Shown in pieces: positions 57,927-64,000 of a DNA stretch of 64,000 nt. Position 1 is the first letter of the stretch. Each line of letters begins with the position of its first letter. The notes beneath the pieces were generated by a model. That model did not search any database and was not told where the DNA came from. It was given only the letters and a program-made list of their open reading frames with translations. Made by a program: the position numbers and the translations under genes. This DNA is from Octopus sinensis. Taxonomy: Eukaryota. Location: positions 7,873,360 to 7,937,359 of the forward strand of contig NC_043019.1 in assembly GCF_006345805.1 (NCBI RefSeq). The letters are read 5' to 3'.

Positions 57927-58330
57927 TGCAGGGAGCGTTGGATAAATTGTCGTCTAAATTCCGCAAAATGAAAATAATATATCACTTCATATGTTTACGA
58001 AAATTATAGGAAAACAGCTTGAAATAATAAAGGGTATTTTTATTTTCAATAGAATCGCCATTCACTTCAACGACGGCCTCCAGACGATTTCGGAGTCTCC
58101 TACAAATCTGCTGGACGTTCTCCTTGTTTAAATCGGTGAATGCAGACAGAACCCTTCCCTTCCGTTCATCTTTGGTGTTACAACGAATTTTGTTGAGGTT
58201 CACACACAATAATCGAAGGGATTGCAGCCCGGGGATAGACTTGGCCAGATGTTAGGTGTGATATGGTCGCAAAAACTTGTGTGACATCCATGACTAGTTT
58301 CTATCACATCTCTCGCAAACTTCCCTTTCG
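57927..58330 (-). mobile_element. Tc1/mariner 3' part, DD37D (maT/Bmmar1-like) type
   Basis: FCDHITPNIWPSLSPGCNPFDYCV then CNTKDERKGRVLSAFTDLNKENVQQICRRLRNRLEAVVEVNGDSIE (cf. WPPNSPDLNPLDY..W...C.RFR.RLEAVVEANG.FIE). A terminal-repeat-like cagggagcgttggataaattgtcgtc lies at ~57929. Confidence 0.85.
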
Positions 58331-58439
58331 ACTCCACGTAAGTATCTGTCCTTATTCTCATAAATATTCTTATTTGAACAGCCATGAGTTCCACGCCATT
58401 CTTTATATGTCATCCGAGGCTATTTCCTTCAGGACATAC

Positions 58440-59630
58440 AACCTTCAGAGTTGATTAGACTTAACCTATCTTTGTACCTGTTTAACTATAACCTATCGAG
58501 ATCACCAATGCAGGAAAACTGCTCGGTTCATTCTGAGTAGTTTCCTTGATATTCGGTCTACACTCTGTAATTTCTCATCCCGCTAAATGACAATACCTGC
58601 ACGATACCTAAGTAATACTACCTCCCAGGTATTAATTGCTTACAACTTATTTTCTTCACTCAGATTTGATCGCAGCTCTGGTGTACGTGTTCGCAGATAC
58701 TCTTCCGTGAAATTGTACTTCGTTTCTTCTTCTAACACCTCATACATTTTTAGTAAGCTCAGGTTTTTAATCATCGATAATTGTCATGATTTGCCCTGAT
58801 GGTAACTCTACACCTTCAAGTCCGTCGGGAATCTTGATCCATAATCTTTTATGCCAATTTCCGTATTATCCTCTTTGATAGAGCAAGGTGCTGACTTCGG
58901 CTTCGTCGTTACCATACAGCTTACATTCATCTATAATTAAAGGATGATTGATTCTGCGCTGTTTTCCTTTAAACTCATCCACCTCTTAACTTTCTCAGCA
59001 GCAACGTTATCGTATCGTGCTTAAATGATCGATCTCTCGATTCTTAAATTTCTTACATTCTCTCCATAAGATGTGAGCTCATATTTTAAAATTCTCATGA
59101 CTTTTCTCAAAAAAACTCTTCACGTTCTTTCCGATCCCCAAAATATTGAAGTATTCAATGGTCCGTTAATATGGTATCACATCAAACACATTGCAATTCT
59201 CTATCCAGGCCATTCCTGAATTCGTCTTCTTTCACTTAGACACTTTCATCACCAAATTAGCAGAGTAAATTGTCTTTAGTGTCACAGTAATTCGATTTAC
59301 AACCTTGCTCTCCAACAAGTAGAATTCCGTAAACACACGGAATTGTATAACATTATTTCATCGGTTATTATTCCGGTGAGCAGTTTCCGCATCAATCGAA
59401 GGCATGAATTGGATCTGTAATTATCCACAACATTAACTTTTGAAGCATTCTTCAAAAAGAGTAATTTTCTTCCAGTTGTTCTCCATTCAAGAATTTCTTC
59501 ATTCTCTTTGATCGGTGCATTAATCTGTTATGCTATTCTTTTTACAGCAACCTGACCGATTCCTTATCCAATACGTCTGAACACCATCAGATCCAGCTGC
59601 TTTCCAATTGCTCATCTTCCAAATTATGTT
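58440..59630 (-). mobile_element. Degenerate R4/Dong-type LINE, RT region
   Basis: Motifs in order: KMSNWKAAGSDGVQTYWI; NYRSNSCLRLMRKLLTGII; EQGCK..TKDNL; MAWIENCNVFDVIPY; INHPLIIDECKLYG; AINTWEVVLLRYRAGIV; DLDRL.L.R...LSLINSEGC. These parallel R4/Dong NWKAPGPDG, NYRPITCL..WKLLTGII, INHLLFMDDLKLY and AINTWA..LRY.AGI. Confidence 0.88.
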
Positions 59631-59684
59631 GTTGCAGTAGTAGTAGTAGCTGTTGTTATTGTTGTTATTATTGTTATTATTGTT

Positions 59685-59786
<102 letters not shown>

Positions 59787-59787
59787 G

Positions 59788-60340
59788 AGTGAGCGAGCAG
59801 AGCATGCGATCAAAGTGACACTGGGGTAAAATATACGAAGCCCAGTATACTCATCATGACTACCCGTCTGATAAGGGCACACCAGGCACATGCATCACAA
59901 CCATATGTGCGCGACATGGTGATCTCATATCAAGATAAACAGCACATGACCTTGCAGGTGGAGCCCAGTTAGAATTTTCTTCAGATCGAGTAACAAATCC
60001 CGCTCAAAAGGTCCCTGAATAAGGGTTGTTTAAGGACGTTGAACGAAACACCTATGTTTCCAGGGGTGAATTATTCAAACCCCAAAGAATCCTTCTCAAC
60101 ACATGGCTATGATGCTCGCCCACTACTTCTGCTCGTGATCAGAGATGCACATATCGTCAGCCACTAAGGGACATGCTCAACTGGTTACGGTCAAACAACT
60201 GACAAGCAAATCTGTGGTATTGAGCAGAATATTTGCTGTAGCCCATCTTTTATACCAAGACAAAACAATGTACATGATAACACTTCCAATCAGTTAAGAT
60301 CAGAAACCATGAGAGCCACTGCCTGGTACTGCATCAGGGC
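59788..60340 (-). mobile_element. ~550-bp non-coding retroposon-like repeat with (AAT)n on both sides
   Basis: No ORF, flanked by triplet tracts, and a second partial copy at 13872-14030 shares the same end. Confidence 0.8.
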
Positions 60341-60402
<62 letters not shown>

Positions 60403-60454
60403 TATTATTATTATTATTATTTTATTATTATTATTATCATTATTATTATTATTA

Positions 60455-60511
<57 letters not shown>

Positions 60512-60518
60512 CATTATT

Positions 60519-60710
60519 GCCTTTGCACAGCTTCTAACGCTGGAGATGTACTACAGAGTCAGCTGTTCACTACCAGTGAACTAAAGTAGCACCTCTTATT
60601 TTCGATCACCTTCCGGGGTATTCGAGCGGTTCCAAGCAGTGCTGTTTTCAGCAAGTGCTCCACCCTTATTGCAACCCCTATTTGGTTCCCGTACTTTTCG
60701 AGATTTTTGC
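60519..60710 (-). mobile_element. 192-bp young 3' end of an R4/Dong-type LINE, copy 1
   Basis: SKNLEKYGNQIGVAIRVEHLLKTALLGTARIPRKVIE (cf. terminal LQK.ALLGTARILRKVL), then a 3' UTR and (AAT)n tail. Confidence 0.88.
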
Positions 60711-60721
60711 TATTATAATTA

Positions 60722-60832
<111 letters not shown>

Positions 60833-60848
60833 TATTATTATCATTATT

Positions 60849-61040
60849 GCCTTTGCACAGCTTCTAACGCTGGAGATGTACTACAGAGTCAGCTGTTCAC
60901 TACCAGTGAACTAAAGTAGCACCTCTTATTTTCGATCACCTTCCGGGGTATTCGAGCGGTTCCAAGCAGTGCTGTTTTCAGCAAGTGCTCCACCCTTATT
61001 GCAACCCCTATTTGGTTCCCGTACTTTTCGAGATTTTTGC
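60849..61040 (-). mobile_element. 192-bp young 3' end of an R4/Dong-type LINE, copy 2 (identical, offset 330 bp)
   Basis: Base-for-base identical to 60519-60710, including adjacent tract interruptions. Confidence 0.88.
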
Positions 61041-61051
61041 TATTATAATTA

Positions 61052-61102
<51 letters not shown>

Positions 61103-61129
61103 TATTATTATTATTATTATTATTATCTG

Positions 61130-61500
61130 TTTTACTTCTTCCTTCCTTATTATTTGTTTTACTTCTTCCCCCTCTGTTAGTAGTATTATTCCTCCACCAA
61201 TATTCTTGATACCAAGTCCCAACAGGTTTCCTGATATACAGTCCGCACTGTTCCCAATAAAGCAAATTTCTAAATTAAAGCACTTCAAGTAGATACTCCA
61301 ATCTCAAACAAGAGAAGTATAGAGTCTGTTGGTTACGCTCGCTACGCTATCTTTAACAACTGGGATTACTTTTCTCTCTTCGTATTTTCCAATCCAAATC
61401 GTCGTATTTTCCTCTTTTCTCCAGTTCTTTGATCATCATATTCATGTCTATACATCTAGCCACATCATCCGATAAAACCCATCCCTAAACTCAAGTATCT
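61130..61500 (-). mobile_element. Old R4/Dong-type LINE C-terminus (RLE domain)
   Basis: ELEKRGKYDDL..KIRR, KVIPVV, then LI*KFALLGTVR (cf. EK.EKY.DL..EI.R..VIPVV.GALG...LQK.ALLGT.R), ending in (AAT)n at 61050-61130. Confidence 0.75.
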
Positions 61501-62281
61501 CGATTAGATTGCTTATTTTTACTTTGTCCGCTCTCATGGTTTTCTTCATCTTTTTGCATAGCAGTGTAGGTCTTAGGATTCTCCTTTCTGTTCCGCCATA
61601 TCAGTTTCACCCTGTTTCATATTATGCATTCTAGTATGCTACGCTATTCCAAAATCATTTATCTTTTACCGCTTGTTCTGTCTACCTTCATCACTCATAC
61701 CTAGGTTTCTTGATTCACTGTAAGACTAATTTCTTAGGAAAAATTTCCTTGAGAAAATGCCTTTAACGCATGACATCAATGTAAAATCCAACGATTTACA
61801 AACATAAAACATGACAGATCTTCGAAATGGTTTGGCACTAAACGGTCAGACGACTGCAGAGTCTAAAGGTTCGACACAATTATTGGATTTCTGCAGGCTG
61901 TCCGTTCATATTAATCTGGTTAGTTCACGTGTATTGGTCATTAATTGTACAATTCCTCGGTACTGTAATGACCGATCTACACTGGTGGTTCCTAAATGTG
62001 AAACATCTCGATGGAATAAAGCAGTGGTCAGCCTTATAATTTTTCTGAGATTCCTGTGCAATTTATATCAGAATGCAATAATATTCTCGGTGAGATTTCA
62101 CAGAAATTATGAAAAGATGTTAGCAGCAAAGGGTTTAAATTTGCTAACAGTGACGTCAGTTAGAGGTAATGGCGTGAAATTTCGGCCTTGTTAAGCATTT
62201 ACTGCATTTCTTTGTGTATGGAAAAGCACATTTAGCTACAACCGGCAATCTAATGCAGAATTTGTTCGTGGCATACAACCG

Positions 62282-62322
<41 letters not shown>

Positions 62323-63119
62323 AGGGCATGCATCTGTATCTATAGTTATCTATATATATAACACAGTCCTTGGACGAAAATTGTATGCACATTTTGCTTT
62401 GACGGTTAATGACGGCCAAATCGAGGCAAGGATCGAGCTGAAAATTGGCAGGGATACTAAATGCGTATGAGGATGAAGCCTGCGATAGTTAAAATTCACA
62501 AGCTATAAAGATATGGGTGCTATGTGTGATTTTTTACCGATTCAACGGGGATAAGAACACTTCTAGGTTTGTGCGATTGGCTATTAATACCCAGCGGCAT
62601 GCACTGCAGGCTGCTGTGTTTAATAAACATACATTTTGTCGCGAAATTCCAGCTAATAGGAAACGATTTTTCATTGTGAAAAAACGAGTGCTTTTTGCTC
62701 TAATTTTCTTTTTAACTTTTAATAACACTTTCGGTTTTTTTTTTTTTCAATTCCTCATCTTTAAAATGTGGCCCGAGTAGACCCTAATGAAATCGGGTTA
62801 TAATACTATTACAAATATATTTTTTTATCAATATTTAGCAGACTAGAATAACTCAAAGGTATAGAGTTTTGTGCGTTATGACTTATCAATCTACCTTGTT
62901 AAGTTTTTACTCATGAAATTCGAAACTGTTGAGGTATTTTGTGTATGTGTGTGTGTTTGTGTGTGTATACGTATATATATGTATATATATATTACAAAAT
63001 ACAAACGTATATCTTGAGATCGCTAGTGACAACAACACTCAAAATATATAACAGACTGGAAATGTAATGTTCCTTTAGTTGCAGCTCACATTGCCTCCCC
63101 TCGGATTAATAAGTATATA

Positions 63120-63158
<39 letters not shown>

Positions 63159-63160
<2 letters not shown>

Positions 63161-64000
63161 GCCTCGGATTTTACCGAAAAAAGCATAGTGTTTACTGATT
63201 TTAACCCACGCTGGTGGAAAGGGGAGAGCAGAAATTCTTCGCTTGCATATTTGAGTTTGCTGGCACTGTTAGTTTCGAGCAGATCTTCAGAAGCGATAAG
63301 AAGCCGAAAGGGTATGCTCCCACTTTCAGTGTTTTCAATCCAAACCAAGGAGTTCTGAGCTGATGATAGAAGTGTCGAGTTGACTAATCTTGAAACGTAC
63401 GTTCTCAAATAACCTTTGCATTTGATTTTTTAATGTCTTTACCCCCATACTTTCGTGGGTTGAATTGAGCAAACACTATATGAGAGAGGTTTTCTTTAAG
63501 TATTAGAAATAGTTTTAAAAAAGTTTTTTTAGCTGCTATTTCTAATGAGTTCAGTATGCGGCAAAGTAATTTATTTTACTAAGCCCTTTTATATATGTAA
63601 TAATTTGAATTCGCCTTAAATGGTCCCTTTGCATACTGAATACTTGGTGAAATTGATTAATTAATTAATTTTACCCTCAATTGTTGAAATTATAATTCAT
63701 CTCTCTCTATTTAATGCCTCGGATTTTACCGAAAAAAGCATAGTGTTTACTGATTTTAACCCACGCTGGTGGAAAGGGGAGAGCAGAAATTCTTCGCTTG
63801 CATATTTGAGTTTGCTGGCACTGTTAGTTTCGAGCAGATCTTCAGAAGCGATAAGAAGCCGAAAGGGTATGCTCCCACTTTCAGTGTTTTCAAATCCAAA
63901 CCAAGGAGTTCTGAGCTGATGATAGAAGTGTCGAGTTGACTAATCTTGAAACGTACGGTCTCAAATAACCTTTGCATTTGATTTTTTAATGTCTTTACCC
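63159..64000. repeat. Tandem duplication, unit 555 bp (second unit runs off the window)
   Basis: atgcctcggattttaccgaaaaaagc... starts at 63159 and 63714. Over ~287 bp I saw one indel and one substitution. Confidence 0.92.

Noticed and set aside
62140-62620. Promoter-like cluster (TGACGTCA at ~62151, ATTGG, TATTAAT)
   Set aside because: Short motifs expected by chance, with no associated gene.

Overview
AT-rich eukaryotic DNA with a very high microsatellite load and one 100-N scaffold gap (8378-8477). The SINE families and microsatellite spectrum look like an Octopus (coleoid cephalopod) genome; this is an inference from recognised repeat sequences. I cannot support any intact host protein-coding gene. 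Nearly all ORFs in the supplied track are translations of (TA)n, (CA)n, (GATA)n or trinucleotide repeats. The recognisable coding sequence is all transposon-derived: a young stop-free 5'-truncated CR1-type LINE (21793-22937, -), Penelope-like RT remnants of two lineages, R4/Dong-type (RLE) LINE fragments, an RTE-type 3' end with three zinc fingers, and two Tc1/mariner fragments. At least three tRNA-derived SINE families are also present. The most interesting signals are: (1) two independent SINE insertions at the same internal site (GGTATTTC) of older copies of the same family, each with its own TSD; (2) a co-oriented stack of R4/Dong-type fragments separated by (TAA)n tracts at 58.4-61.5 kb; (3) a small foldback repeat (two copies) whose loop resembles a non-canonical minimal hammerhead ribozyme (speculative); (4) a ~390-bp spacer-less palindrome and near-identical tandem duplications, some of which may be assembly artefacts.
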